DNA of 63,001 bases from contig NW_008246082.1 in assembly GCF_000281045.1 (NCBI RefSeq), positions 723,374 to 786,374 on the forward strand, given 5' to 3'. The stretch's first letter is position 1, and each line of letters starts with the position of its first letter. Made by a program: the position numbers and the translations under genes. The stretch comes from Saprolegnia diclina VS20. Its lineage: Eukaryota. This document shows, piece after piece, positions 10,617-24,200 of the stretch. The notes under the pieces were generated by a model, which saw only the letters and a list, made by a program, of their open reading frames with translations, had not been told where the DNA came from and made no database searches.

Positions 10617-13446
10617 ATGATCCGGTCCCCGATGCTTCGCTTCGGCGAGAACGAGACCGACATCTTCCTCCTTGACGTCAGCGTCTGCGACGTCCCGGGC
10701 GACACGGGCCTTGGCACCGCGCTCATGGTCGAGCGCAACAAGCTCGCCGAAGAGGCAAGGAAAGACCCGCTCAACATCGAAGTCATGAGTCGCCTCCTCA
10801 AGAACTGCGCGCGCCTCTACAGCCAGCACCCGCGACCCGTCGAGCTGCTCTTCCGGCGCGCCATGACGACATTCCAGCGCCAACCGCTCGACTCGGCAGG
10901 CGCCGACCTCTGGATCGAGATGCTGCTTGGACTCGGCGCGATACTAGCAGCTGACACGATGAAGAAGCGCGATATTCTGAGCCAAGCGTCCTTCAGCGCC
11001 CATGTCAAGGGCAAGACTGTCTTTTACGAGTACTTTGCCAACTTTGAGATGCAGCAGAGTACGTATACGTCGATACCATCGTTCCACTCAAGTCCAACCT
11101 GTAGATCGATCTCAGGCCGCACAAGACCTCCTCAACAAGGCTGTCGAGAAGGACATGCTCACACCAGAGGCGCGACAACAAATTTGGGACAAGGTGCAGC
11201 GTACACAGCCAGATGCGTCCCAAGCTCCGCGCGAGTTTGTCTCGCGACCACCCGACACACCCGTGCAGACGTCCAGGAGCTCGCACGTCTATTCGACGCC
11301 ACGCAACTCGACGACGCCTGCGGTGGCACGGACGACGAGCACGACGCTGCGCACTGCCAGCCTTGCCGAATCGTGGACAACACCCCTCCAAACCGAGCCT
11401 CGGACGACCGCTGCTGCACCGTCGTCGGTCTTGCGCACGACGAGCCTCTCATCGGCACTCACGACGCCGCTCCCGTCGAAGCTCGGCAACCGAGATGCAC
11501 GTTCGACACAGCGAAAACCCCAAATTCGGCCCAGCTTCCAACTGGGTACCTGCCGTATTGCTCGCATGAGCCGCTCACGCGTCCATAGGCTCGATCGGTC
11601 TCCCAATGCGCGTGCGGCAGTCGGCCGCGTCGCCCATGTCCCAGGACGAGGAAGATGACAAGGAACATAGCCCACCGCCGCCACTGAATCGCCCGCTCGT
11701 GACTGGCATCAAGCGCGAGCCCAAATACAGCGAAGACGACGATAAGGAAAATAGCCCAGCCGCGCCATCAAGCCGCCCGCTCGTCGACGGCATCAAGCGC
11801 GAGGCCAAGTACCCCAAGGTACCAAATTGCGCTCGAGTTCCACCGTGCAAATGTCGCTATGATAGAAGGCTCCGTTCCAGGAGAAGGACATTAGCTACAT
11901 CAAGGACTGGAACCCGGCTCGCACACCGTCAGCAACGGAGCCGACCAAAGCAAAGCGGGCATTGGGCTACTTGGACCCCAACTCTCTCGAGGTACACAAC
12001 GTGCCCGCGAGCCCCGCCGTATCAGACGCCAGCGACATGGAAATTGAACTCTCTCGCCAGAGCGTCCGCGACGACGACGAAGACACGGCGTTGCTACTGG
12101 CCAAGAAGACGCCGCCGAGCGGTCGGAAGCGCGCCTTGTCGCCGTCGGTCGACCACGCCCGGTCGCACGCGCCGTCAGCCAGCTCGACGCCCTCGAGCGC
12201 AAGTCCGCCAGAGCCAGCGACACCGTTTCGCAACTCGGATGTGTCCTCGGACGTCATCGCGCGTCTCATCGACTCAAAAAACCACATCGTGGTACGACCT
12301 CTGATCGGTTTGGACAAGATCTCATGTGCGAATCAGGTGAATGGCGTGACGTTCTTGAGCCTCAAGCAGATTGGCAGTGGCGGCAGCAGCAAAGTCTTCC
12401 GCGTCTTGGGACCCGACATGCAGACGTATGCGCTCAAGAAGATCAAGATGAAGCGCATGGACGACGCGTCCGTCATTAGCTACGAGAACGAAATCATGAT
12501 GCTCAAGCGTCTCCAAGGCTCGCCGTACATTATCAAGCTCCTCGCCAACGAGATGGACTACGAGGGCAAGGTGCTGTATGTGGTACGAACCTCGTCGCGC
12601 TGCTCGACCGCCAGCAACCTCTTCGGTCGTAGGTCATGGAGCAAGGCGAAATCGACCTCAAGGACAAACTCAAGGAGCTCAAAAACAACCAGATCGTGCT
12701 TGAAGAGAATTTTCTGCGTATCACGTGGCAGCAAATGCTGCAGGCAGTGAATTACATCCACAACCAGCGCGTGATCCACGGTAGACCAATCCGACAACCA
12801 CTACTAACAAAGGCGTGTCGTAGGGGACTTGAAGCCAGCCAACTTTTTGTTTGTCAACGGCGCGCTCAAGCTCATCGACTTTGGTATCGCCAAGGCGATT
12901 TCGAACGACACGACCAATATCGTGCGCGAAAACCACGAGGGGACGGCCAACTTTATGCCGCCCGAAGTTGCGTCCGGCATCGTCGCGACGGATAAGGGCG
13001 CGACGCCCAAGAAGGTCGGCCGCGCCGGCGACATTTGGTCGCTCGGGTGCATTCTGTACCAGATCGTGTACGGCGACACGCCGTTCGGGACGTTCAACAA
13101 CATTTTCGAAAAGTTCATTCGCATCTCGGACCCAAACCACGCCATCACGTTCAAGAAGCTGCACAACAAGCCGCTCGAAGACGTGATCCGGTCGTGCCTC
13201 CAGCGAGACCCAAAGCTCCGACCGACCATCGAAGGGCCCAATGGCTTGCTCGAGCATCCGTTTTTGAACCCGAACAAGGGCGGGCTGACACCGTCGACGC
13301 TCGAGACGACCTTGGCCAAGGCCACGCAGTTCATTTACGAGCACGGGTGCTCGCCCGCCGTCGTCGACATTGCCGACCGACTCCAAGCTGCTGTGAGCCA
13401 CCACCATCTCGCCAACGTCGTGCCCAACTCGCAAACCGCCCTGTAA
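10617..13446 (+). CDS. MPS1: Dual-specificity spindle-checkpoint kinase Mps1/TTK (multi-exon)
   Basis: IGSGGSSKVF, YALKKI, HG|DLKPANFLFV, LKLIDFGIAKAISNDTTNIVRENHEGT.NFMPPE, DIWSLGCILYQIVYG. Helical N-terminal region. Confidence 0.92.
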
Positions 13447-13655
13447 TCGTTCTCGTCATATTAATTATTTGCCCGCCTTGGCCTTTGTTGTTGTTAAGTA
13501 GGTCAATTATTTGTTAGTGAGCAGAGCTCTCTGTTACGGGTCTGTTGTTGGAGCTGCTGGCGCCTTGGACTTTGTTTACTAGTATCTCGTACTGTACGCT
13601 TGCGTGTCAATTCGACTAAGTGCGATACCTCGCACTTAAACGGCCATTTGCAGAG

Positions 13656-15486
13656 GTGACGGCCAAGCTCTTCGTCGGCCTCGACCTGTCGACGCAGAGC
13701 ATGACAGGCGTCGTGGTCACTGCGACGCCGACGCCCAAGCCATTCGCAGTCGTGGCGTCCAGGACCTTCCAGCTCGACGACCGGCTTCCGCACTACGGTA
13801 GCCGCCCACATGCAGCTTTTTCCTGGCACATCGAACGGTAGGCACGACCAAGGGCGTCCTGATGCACGGCGCGCACGTCGAAGTGCCCAGCTTGATGCTT
13901 GTTGAAGCTGTCGATGAGATCCTGCTCGAGCTCTCGGCGGCCGTGGAAGCGGCGGGGTACTCGATGGCCAACGTCGTCGCAGTGAGCGGCAGTGCGCAGC
14001 AGCACACAAGCGTCTTCTGGAGCGACGCAGAGCTCCGCCTGCCTCACGACGCGTCGACAACGCTGCATGACCACTTGCAGGACGCATTTGCGCCCGCGAA
14101 CGGCCGCAGCTGGATGGACGCGACAACGACAACCGAGTGCCGGGCGCTCGAGGCCGCTGTTGGAGGCGCCCAGCGGCTGGCCGACATGACGGGCTCGCGC
14201 GGCTACGAGCGCTTCACGCTGATCCAGCTGCTGTCCATGGACCGCAGTCTTCTTGAGCGCGCGGGGCGTGTCAGCATTGCGTCGTCCTTGCTCACGTCGC
14301 TCTTCCTTGGGGCGACGGCAGCGGCATGAACCTCATGGACATCGCGACGCGGCAGTGGTCCAAGGACGTTCTTAAAGCCGTGGAAGATTGCTGGGCGCCA
14401 TCGTCGACGCTCGAGCGACTGTTCGGGCCGGCGCCAACCGCGTCGCACATGTCGCTCGGTCCCATTGCGCCGTACTTTGTCGAGCGCTTTGGCTTTGCCG
14501 AGACATGCCGCGTGATTCCGTTCTCGGGGGACAATCCGTGCACGCTCGCAGGTACAAATTTAGTCCGTTCTAGCTTCCTTCTACCAGCCATGAGTAGGCA
14601 TGGGTTTGGCCTCGGTCGGGGATGTGGGCATTTCTCTCGGTACGTCCGGCTGCATGTTTGTCGTCGCCGCGCCAGAAGCGATCCGCCCGTCCGGCGAGGA
14701 AGGTCACGTCTTAACCAACCCCGTCGACCCCAACACGCTGATGGTATCATCCTTGCGGCTGCTGTTGAGAATAAACTTACGCTGACCGTAGGGTATGCTT
14801 TGCTTCAAGAACGGGTCCTTGGCCCGCGAGGTACCCTCGGTTGAATTGGCCACGACCTCTGCATATTTGCGCTATAGAACGTTCGCGATCGACGCGCCGA
14901 CGGGTCCTGGGCCGAGTTCTCAAGACTCATGGACGCGACACCGCCAGGCAACAACGGTGTCATGGGCTTCTTCTACCTCCAGCCCGAGATCACGCCCGTG
15001 GTTCCCACCGAGTCGGCAGCACCGACCCTTAGCGACATCCATGGGTATATGGCGGACGGAAGCACCTTGGACCTATTGCACGCACCCCCCGCCGTTGAAA
15101 TCCGCGCCATGGTCGAGTGGCAGTGCCTTGCCATAGCGTGCCACCTGCAAAAGCTGTACCACGGCCCGATCGCGCGCCTCATCCTGGCAGGCGGTGCGTC
15201 CGTGAACCGATCGCTCGTCGAGACGCTTGCCAATGTCTTCAACGCACCCGTGTACATTGAAGACAACAAGGTCAACACCGCGGCGCTTGGCGGCGCACTG
15301 CGTGCGCAGCACGGTGTCGCGTGCGGCGACGCCGGCATGTACCGTCCGTTTGACCCGAAAGTCGGCCTCGAACTTCGCGCGACACCAGCGCCAGAGACGC
15401 GCCACGTGTACGAGCACATGATTCGTCGGTTCCCGAGCTTGGAAGCGTCGGCGATTGCGGCCCAGCGACAACGCCATGGCCCGTGA
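13656..15486 (+). pseudogene. XYLB: Xylulokinase (FGGY family); no ATG seen at the expected start and a frameshift near 14310
   Basis: LFVGLDLSTQS, VSGSAQQHTSVFW, WMDATTTTEC, TGSRGYERFT, DGSGMNLMDI, FSGDNP, ISLGTS, LCFKNGSLARE, GGASVN. GTG at 13656. The LFLG-to-DGSGMN junction is out of frame. Confidence 0.8.
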
Positions 15487-15959
15487 AGGTTTCAGTTTAT
15501 ATTGTTTTGATTTTGATTCAGGGCGACCGATTGGTCCTTGTAATCCAATCAAATGCGGGGAAAAATGATCCTAGCGCACACACTGCCTCGCACAGCTGCA
15601 TGACTTCGCAATTGTCAGAGGGAAGTTGTTGTTTCTTTACATTGACTTGGGAGCTGGGGAGAGTTGCAATACCCATGTCACACAACTCTCTTGGTACTCG
15701 ACGTACATGCATGATGTACACGTAGCCAGAATATGAAGATATACTGTGTTCGCCGTGCACAGGACCTTGCCGCTGGGATGCATGCGGGGCCCTTGTCCAA
15801 TTGGTCTCTAGGTTCGGAGCTTGCACGTGGCGGTGAGCCTTTTCCGCTGCGAGCGAAACCAAGCGCGCTATCGACCCGACCTTGAGGATGCCCGTTATCT
15901 GCAGTGCGCTTGAGCTGGGCACGGGTCTTGAAGGAGGTTCGTGTTTGTAGCGACAATGG

Positions 15960-16292
15960 CTTCAGGGGCGTGGGAGGGGACTCCAGCATTTCGAAACGTC
16001 TGTATCACAAGCTGAAGTCACTTCTCAGGCGCAGCGCTCGATGCGCTCTTGGCACTCTTGACAGGTGCTCCCGCCCTCGAGACAATGACGTTGAACGAGT
16101 GCACATGGAGCGATTGCCAATTTGACGTCGTCGCATCGGGCCTCCGCAGCTGCATCAACCGCGGTGTGCGCGACATGAGCCTCGTATTGTTCCATCTGAC
16201 GAGCTTTGCACCACTTGCTGCTACTCTTTGCGGCGCGCGTAGCTCGCACGGAGTCCGAATCGAGTTGACGACGAGGCAGCAGGCAAGTACGC
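15960..16292 (+). pseudogene. Fragment of an RNI/LRR-like protein related to 58291-59877, cut by a gap
   Basis: LETMTLNECTW...INRGVRDMSL...LCGARSSHGVRIEL parallels LKTLSWRDC...IRNGVRAIDL...LRGATSPSGIDINL. Confidence 0.5.
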
Positions 16293-16392
16293 NNNNNNNN
16301 NNNNNNNNNNNNNNNNNNNNNNNNNNNNNNNNNNNNNNNNNNNNNNNNNNNNNNNNNNNNNNNNNNNNNNNNNNNNNNNNNNNNNNNNNNNN

Positions 16393-17024
16393 TGGCCGTC
16401 CTTCCAGACACCGACGCACGAGTACGTCGTACCGAGATCGATACCGATCACCTCCGAGAAACCACGCTCGGCGCGGGCAGCACGCTCTTCGCGCTCGGCA
16501 CGAGCCTTGTTGATCTTGTCCTCGATCTCCATGCGCTTCATCTTGCGCGTGGCGTCGTCCATCTCGACACCCGAGGCCTCTTCTTGGAGGACCTGGAGGG
16601 CAGCCTGGGCCTGCGTCAAGCCGGCAAGGAGCTGTTTGTTGCCCTTGTCGACCGTCAAGCCCTTCGAGTAGGCCTGGATGGCCTTCTCGTACGACTTGAT
16701 AAAGTAGTACGCGGCACCGAGACGGGCGTAACCCTTGCCCCACTTGGCGTCGATCTCAATGCACTTGTTGGCATCGGCCATCGCGGGCGCCGCGTTGCCG
16801 TTGCTCAAATAGGCGGCCGAGCGGTTCGAGTAGTACGCGTGGTTGTGGGGCTCGTACGCGATGGCAGTCGTGAACTCCTTGATGGCCGTGGCGAAGTCCG
16901 CAGCCGTGTAGGCAGCGTTACCGCGGTTCTTGGCCTCGGCACCGGCAGCCTTGCGCTCTTCGGTCGAGAGGGCGGCGTACTGGTCCTTCGTGGCGGTCTT
17001 GTTGCGGCGGCGGGGCGGAGCCAT
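16393..17024 (-). CDS. Second, inverted copy of the TPR-Hsp70 5' part, truncated by a gap
   Basis: Same N-terminus as 3381. Continues through KGYARLGAAY and a helical linker into the Hsp70 start VIGIDLGTTYSCVGVWKDG. Confidence 0.9.
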
Positions 17025-17514
17025 GGCGATTTATGACCAACTAAAAAATGACTGGTGCCAGTCATTTTTTTAGTTTGGCCAAGCCCACGAAAAACGAAAT
17101 CCAAACACTTGTTTTTGTATTGAATATCGTTGGAATGTCGTAACGATGAACTTTGAATTATAATATGTTACAAGCCTTGTTAGGCCACCAGGACGATGCA
17201 AGGGAGAGACGCAAGGTTCGAGTGATCCTACTAGCGTGTTGCGAGACCGCTTTGAGATCGAGCGACAGACAAAAGCCGTGTACCGGTAGCGCCAAGCGCC
17301 CGATTGCGCAGCGTTTCTGCTAAGGAGCCACACAATGAAGCAGGGTCCACTAGACGCCCATTGGTTGAAATTCGCGCCAAGTCCACGGATTGATGCTCGA
17401 TCTCTCGGCCGCGACGCGCAGAGTGAACGCTTGGGTGGAGGTACGTGTGTGTTGGACGTGTTTCTTAACCATGATATGATATGATTACAGACTAAAGACT
17501 CCACCTACTAAGAC

Positions 17515-17787
17515 TTACGTACTGGATGTGTGTTGAACGTCGGCGGCCAAAAGCTCTTCAACGTGCTCGAGTTCATGGTCCGGCAGTACGTCATGCCGTC
17601 CGTCGTCGGGATGCGCGCACGAGGTACAGTCGCAGTCGTCGGGCGCGAGCTTGGACAAATGATCTGTGGCTTGGTTGAGCGCGCGAGGGTGGTGTTCCCA
17701 TGTGCAGGTAAGACGTAGGGCGATGTGCGTGGCCCGATATGGAAAGCTGGGAGCTGGAAAGCCGCGGTGAGCGTCGTTCGCGGACAC
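17515..17787 (-). mobile_element. Retroelement RNase H C-terminal relic
   Basis: WEHHPRALNQATDHLSKLA matches the RNase H tail pattern W.H..R..N..AD.LA..A. Confidence 0.5.
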
Positions 17788-18119
17788 CTCACCTCACCGG
17801 CGTCGCGCAGTACCGGTAGTAGAACACGATTTAGAGCTGTGAAGTGGTAATACGCACGGCACCCGCGATCGGAGCGACGCGAACGCTGCACCATACTGGT
17901 AGCTCAAGCCAGGTGCCAGCTGCATTAGCTGCATTGACAGCATGTCCAAGCCGATGAATCGAAGTCCACGAGCGACTTTCGAGCCGTGCTTGTTGTAGAA
18001 ACGATGGGTCAGTGCATGGGGTCAGTGAAGCCACCCTTTTTATGATCCCCACGCTCTGATTGGTGAAAAGTCGGCGGGCGTGTTATTTGGGTCATTTGGC
18101 GTTCTCCCTTGCAGCAGCG

Positions 18120-18852
18120 ATGCCGAAGAAGAAGCGCAAGAAGTGGGACCACAAGGTGCCTCGCCGTGAGCCGCTCAATCCATGGTGACCTCGAGATGGC
18201 TCCCACGTTCGTCGTCCCGCGCAAGGAGCCCTGGCCGGCGATCTATCACGGCAAGGACCTCGCCATGGTCTTGCGCAACCTGCGCCGCCACGCGTGCAAC
18301 TACGATGCAGATCGCTTTGACGGGCTCGAGGAGCTTGGCTTCGTCTGGCGAATGCCGCGCGGCAATCACCAGATTGTCACGTACTGGGCCAACGCAACAA
18401 CCAAGTGGCTCGTCAATGGCATGCCTCTGACGTCGCTCGTGGCGCAGTTGAAGACGTACCACGAAGAGTCCCACAACTTGGACATCCCGGCGGCGCTCAC
18501 CGTCGAGATGCAAGACGGCCATCAGAGCACGTTCCACGTCGCTCTCGCGTACGCGCCGCGATTGCTCCGCGCTCACTTTTACGAGCTCTCGGTCGCCGAC
18601 GTGGACGTTCTGCACGGCCTCGGTCTCTTTCCCGAGCTTCCGCAGTGGGCCATTGTCAAGGCTCTATTCTCGCGCTACAAGGAGCGTCTCCACAGCGACG
18701 CGGTGCCGGTCAACTTTGAAGTGCCGGCCACGTGGGAGAACGTGTACCGCGGCATCCGCCTTGGCGAGCTCGCGTGGTACCTGGTCCTCGTCGCGCACGA
18801 CCCGCTCCAGCAGCGACCATGGCGATTTCGACGACCCGGCGATGGACCTTGA
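18120..18852 (+). pseudogene. Helicase-associated (HA)-repeat-like protein, frameshifted near 18160
   Basis: HGDLEMAPTFVVP..EPWP...G..L...LEELGFVW and repeated VPVNFEVPATW...GIRLG. The upstream MPKKKRKKW start is in another frame. Confidence 0.55.
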
Positions 18853-19352
18853 AGACATCGGCTTGAAGGTCAACGAACCACTTTACAAGACACAGTGCCA
18901 TCGGACATTCGTGCCGCGTGTGGACTTTCAGTCTAGCACCGCCCGGATGTCTTTCGAGCATGTTGTTTTGCCATTCTAACATTCAACACAAACTTAACAC
19001 ATTTAACATGTAACATCGAATCTCAAGCGAGCACTCGACCCTTTGTCCGATTTTTGCGGATACCAGCATCTTGTGGCACGACAATCGGGTGCGCACGAGT
19101 CGTCTGGACACGGCGGGACGTGTCCAGACGACGTTGGCAAGGTTTCGACGTGTCGCAGTGCTGCGACCATGCGGCCTTGTCGGATAGGACAGCGCTGCAA
19201 ACCCGCGCGGTCGATCGCGCCATTGGGCTCTGCTGTGGTGCAGCACAAAGAATTATTTGGACTAACAAGAAAGCAACTTCCACTAGAACGTCCTGATCCC
19301 GGCAACATTCAAGGCCGCGCCAACAGACCGACGCGGCAGCAAAAACGTCTCC

Positions 19353-22215
19353 ATGGGCGCCGAAGACGGCCCCGATGCGGCAGTCACTCTCACGCTCGGC
19401 CAGATGGACGAGCTCTTGATGAAGCTCGTCGAGAACAATGCACGGCTCGGCCCGGCCACTTGCGCTCGAAAGGCCACGTGGCCATTGCCGCCCATCGAAT
19501 TCCGACATTTTAGGCACGTCAAGCCCGAGTCCGTCGCACAGAGCCTCCCGGCGGCGAGTGGACCCGGTCAGTATAGCAGAGTCAACCCTGACGATTATTA
19601 TATGCAGATCGTCACCTCGAACGACATCAAGGCGCCGTACCTCGTGTCGACCGACATCGCGAAGATGCGGGATTTTTGGCTCGAGAGGCTCCATTATGCA
19701 GATGCAGTTATATTTTCATCGAGCAGTTTGGTTGCCAAGCTGCCATTCATTGGCGGGCGCTACGGCATTGCGTCTTCGACACCACGCTCCTGACGATGCT
19801 CCGCCAAACCCTCGAATCGATTCCCGATGACGAGCTTTACTTCAAGGCAGACTGCGAGCGCGTGAAGGCCAACATGCCGGATGTCAACGCCCGAGTGCGA
19901 CGTGAACTCCAATCCGACGAGACGATTCGAAACGGCAAGTCGCGCGCCCTCGTCCTCATTGAGCAGCACTCCGTATCTGCGACGAGTCGTGTTTCCGCGA
20001 CTGACCCCAATGTTGAGCCCGAGGCCGCCGCAACCAAATCATCTACGCGGTGCGATCGGAGTACCTCCAACCGTATTTGCGCCAAGAGATCAACTTTCGA
20101 AGAAGCGTTCCAACCGCTGGCACGACTTTGTCAGCCTCCTCATTGACACGTTTGGTGCGTACACTCGATTGGACGCCTCAAGAAGCCGGCGGCACCCACC
20201 ACGGCTATCACCGACAGTGCGATCAGCCGGTGGAACCAAAACCAAGAAGCGATAGAACAAGCACGTTTTGTTATGCGTACGCACATCACACGCTACGCCG
20301 AGGTGTCCAAGCCGACGCAGGATCTATCAAGCCGCTGGTACCAACAAGCAGCTCGCACGCTTTCAGCTCGATGATTTCTTCGTCCAAATTGACGCGTTCG
20401 CAGCCATGAGCGCGGCGATCGCCTCCGCCACGCATCCCAACCCGGACCAAATCATTTGCGTTTTCGTGGATGTGTCGCTCGACTTCATCGGCGGCATTAT
20501 CGCGCAGGTTTTGCACGACCTTCTCGAGCTCCCCGTCGACCAAGAAGATCACACACCGCTTTTCTTCCACTCCAAGGCGCTGTGTGCTTCATCTTTGAGA
20601 AAGAAGCGCTGGCGATGCTCGGCACCGTACTGAGTGTGCTTCACCTCACGCTACGCACGCCCGAGTTCTGCCTCTTGGTCGATCACGCCAACTTTATTTA
20701 CCTCTTCGACCCCAAAAGCCAGGCTCTGTCTCTCCCGCGCCACACGTGCGACAAGGTCCTCCGCTGAGTCATCCTCATGGGTTTTCCGTACCAGATCTAC
20801 CACATTTCGGGCAAAGCGAACGTCAGGGCCGACCTCCTTTCCCGATGGGGTGCTGGTCCGAGCAACCCTACCCCGGTATCTTTTTTCGCCCTGCACTCGA
20901 CGTCTTTCAACAACGGACTTTGTCTGGCCTTCGGTAGCGGAAGTTGCGGACCCCCAAGGGCAATGCTTGACACAAGGCGCCGCGTTGCAGATGACTAAAA
21001 GCCCCACCGACGCGCTGTTTTGCGACGACAACCGCAGAGTCTGGATTCCCGTCGCGCCCGACAACAACATCAAGACGAGGCTCGCGATCCCCACGCACTG
21101 CGGCCTCGCAGGCTGTCGTGGTATCGACACGATGCTCCGCGTGCTCCGAGTTTACACGTGGCCAGACCAAGAAGCCGAGTCACGCGTTTTTGCCAGCAGC
21201 GCTTCACAGCCGTGCCCGAAGTTTGCTCCAGGTAAGGTCGTTCCCGTGCCCTAGGTCAGCCAGATCCATGCCGACAAGCCCAACGAGGTGTTGCACTTTG
21301 ACTTCCCTCCACGACTGGCGAGGTCTATGTTCAGCGGCTGGGTCCAAGCGACAAGCCGCGGACGACGTCGGCACGTTCTTTGACGCTCTTTTCCGCTACA
21401 CGAGCCAGTTCGGCGTCTCTGACGTGGATGTCCGACCAAGGTGCTCATTTCAAGACCCAAGCGGTCAAGAAGCTGAGCCACGTTTACAGCGCCGACATGC
21501 AACGGTACGGTCGAGATTGTCAACCGACACTTCAAAAGGCTCGTCCGGTGCCTGCATTCCGAATAGCAGCTCCCCAACTCCTCGTGACCCGTGGCAACCG
21601 CTGTGGCCATGAAGATCATCAACCACTCGCCTTTTCGTTTCCTCAGCAACCGTTGCCCGATCACCATCGTCACCAGCATGCCGCCGCACCTGCCGCTCGA
21701 CGGTATCTGCAATCCCGCTACGTTGGACGTATCGACGCGGTCGACTACGACACGTTCCTGCACACCCACTACGATGAGATCGACGAACTACACCAAGCCC
21801 TCTTCGACATGCACCGCAATGTTGCAGCCCACAAGGCCCACGTCCGCGAGCAGAAGCTTCTAGCCCAAGATCGTGCGTCCAGGGCAGTCCTCCGCAAGTA
21901 CGCGATCGGCGGCTTTGATCTCGTGCACACGACCCGCTCGAGCATGCCCAAGGCCTCTTTTTGCTGGACGGCCCGATGGTGATCAAGGACACAGTTTCCG
22001 ACTAGGTCTACATTGTAGAAGAAGTACGCTCACAGAAGACACACCGCGTACACGCCGCGCACCTCAAGATCGACAACAACGCGTCCAAGGTTGCTCTCGT
22101 CCAAGTTGCTCGACGCGATCGATTTCTCCAGCATAACCACCGAGGTCGATCACTTCCAAGGTTACCGCATCAACGAAGTCGGCATCATGGAGCTAAACAC
22201 GGTCTAGCTCGGCAT
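19353..22215 (+). mobile_element. Decayed, internally deleted Ty3/Gypsy chromovirus (gag-like region, RNase H, integrase, chromodomain; RT not seen)
   Basis: LLVDHANFIYLF, IYHISGKANVRADLLSRW, integrase HCGLAGCRG, PNEVLHFDF, WMSDQGAHF, RVHAAHLK, chromodomain-like EVDHFQGYR. Many stops and frameshifts. Confidence 0.8.
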
Positions 22216-22479
22216 CTAAGGCAACTCGTGGGAGCCGCCCCCGCAGAACCCGTACCTGCACCCGCTGCCGACGCGGTCGACCCCGACTACGACTCTGACG
22301 CCGCATCCATCGCCGGGGTAGAAGACGTCGACGCCGACGATGAGGCAGCCGATGCCGACGCGCTGGCGCCCGAAGCAGAGGCCACTGCACTCGTGGTTGC
22401 TGATGCCCAGGAACCCGATCGCCCGAAGACGAAGCAGCCGCCGCGCCGCCCGAGATCGCCCAGCGCTGCCGCACGTCAA

Positions 22480-24200
22480 GATCGCCGCCCCAGCGGCAGC
22501 ACCGATCCTCAACTTTGCGCCGGCCGGCACGCTCGTACACTTCCTCGGCATCTACGTGGGCAACCGCGTTGATCCCGCGTACCAAGTGCAGCTTATCTCC
22601 GACCGATACGACGTGAGCTTCCAGCACTGGGGCTACCGGGCGCGAACGCTGAAAGGCCGGCGCCTCTTAGCCTCCTCCGTCATGGTCTCGCTCCTCTGGC
22701 ACGTCACGGCCGTGGTCGTGATCCCACCCAAGACCGTCACGGCGTGGCAACAGATGCTGACACGCTACGTGCTGGGCCGCAAGCGCGACCCGACGGAGCC
22801 GTACCAATCGCTGCTTCACGCGTCGTGGAACCACCACATCGGGCTCGGTGCCGGGATACCGCACATTGCGTCGGCCATCCGCACCCAGCGCCTCCTCACG
22901 CTCCAACGTCTGATGCTGCCGGAAGAAGTCCGACCGCTTTGGGCGCCGCTGGTCCTCGCACAGTTTGAAGAGTGCATGGGCCACCTGTACCGTGAGTCGC
23001 ACCCGTTCGACTTTTTGTGCTACGTGCCGCATTGGGGCACCAAGTGGATCACGACGTCGAAGCTGCACCCGTTCTGGTTTGACGTCTGGCGCCAGTGGTC
23101 CAAGACGGCGTGGGCCAAGCGCGTCGCGGTGCCACCTACATACGACATGGTCACCAACATGCCCGTGTGGCTCACGACGTATGAGCCCATGGCCATCGAC
23201 ACGATTCGCCACGCCGCCAAGTGTGACAAGCACGCGCAGGGTCGAGCCTGGTGTTTGCACGGTGCCGGCAACGGGTTCCGGGCGCTCCGCGACTTTATGA
23301 CGCCGAGTGGTCACTGGTTCACGTGGACAGAACTCGCAGCGCGCATGCGTCAAGGCAACCCCGCGACGCGCGTGCATCTCCACCGACAGGGCCGGATCGT
23401 CGTATCCGCGGCTCGAGATATCGCGGCCGCCTACAAGCACCTGTGTGTCGTCTACGATCAAGTGCGCCGGCTTCACGACATTCGCACCGACGTGCTGCTA
23501 CCCCGCCCGGCAATGACGACGCACCCGTTCCGGAAGCTCGTCAAGGACGTCGTGCAACCCTTCCAGAACTGGCCCCGACGCGACGTCCGCGACCTGGCCA
23601 TGCACGCGCCAGCGCCACGCTGTCCGCACCCGCTGCTGTCGACAACGCGCCGGACCGTCGACGACGTCGAGACGTACCTCGCCGACCTACGCTACCTGAT
23701 GCGAGTCGCGGCGCCCGTGCACGCTGACGTCTGGTTCCGCCTCGTGTTGCGGATGCTACCCGTCAACTCGCGCATGTACTACTTTCAGCACCAAGAGCCC
23801 GAAGCCATTCTCTGCCGCCATGGCTGCGGCGTCGTGGAGAGGGTAGTACATGCGTTCTTCAAGTGCCCGTACATCCACCCGATCTGGAAGTGGCACGACA
23901 AGGCATGGCGCGCTTTTGGCGCGGCCGTCTAGTGGCATCACGTCACGGACCTCGTCCAGTTCTTCGTTCACGAGTGGCATGCAGCGCGACGTGACGAGCT
24001 GTAGCAACTATGGGCCATGCGGTCGCCGTCACGGTTCACTTGATCTGGATGCGGCGCAACACCTCCAAGTTTGACAGTGTCCGACTCGTACCGGCGCAAG
24101 CGCTCCAGGACGTCATCTTTCTGACGATGCAGGCCACGATCCGACGACGGCTCCGCCTGCTCGACGCCACGTCGCTCCTCCTCGCGCAGCGCGGGTACCG
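22480..24200 (+). mobile_element. Non-LTR (L1/Tx1-like) retrotransposon, 3' portion with zinc finger
   Basis: FLGIYVG...WGYRARTLKGR, GAGIPHI, CRHGCGVVERVVHAFFKCP (zf-RVT-like), HLIWMRRN. Confidence 0.8.
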
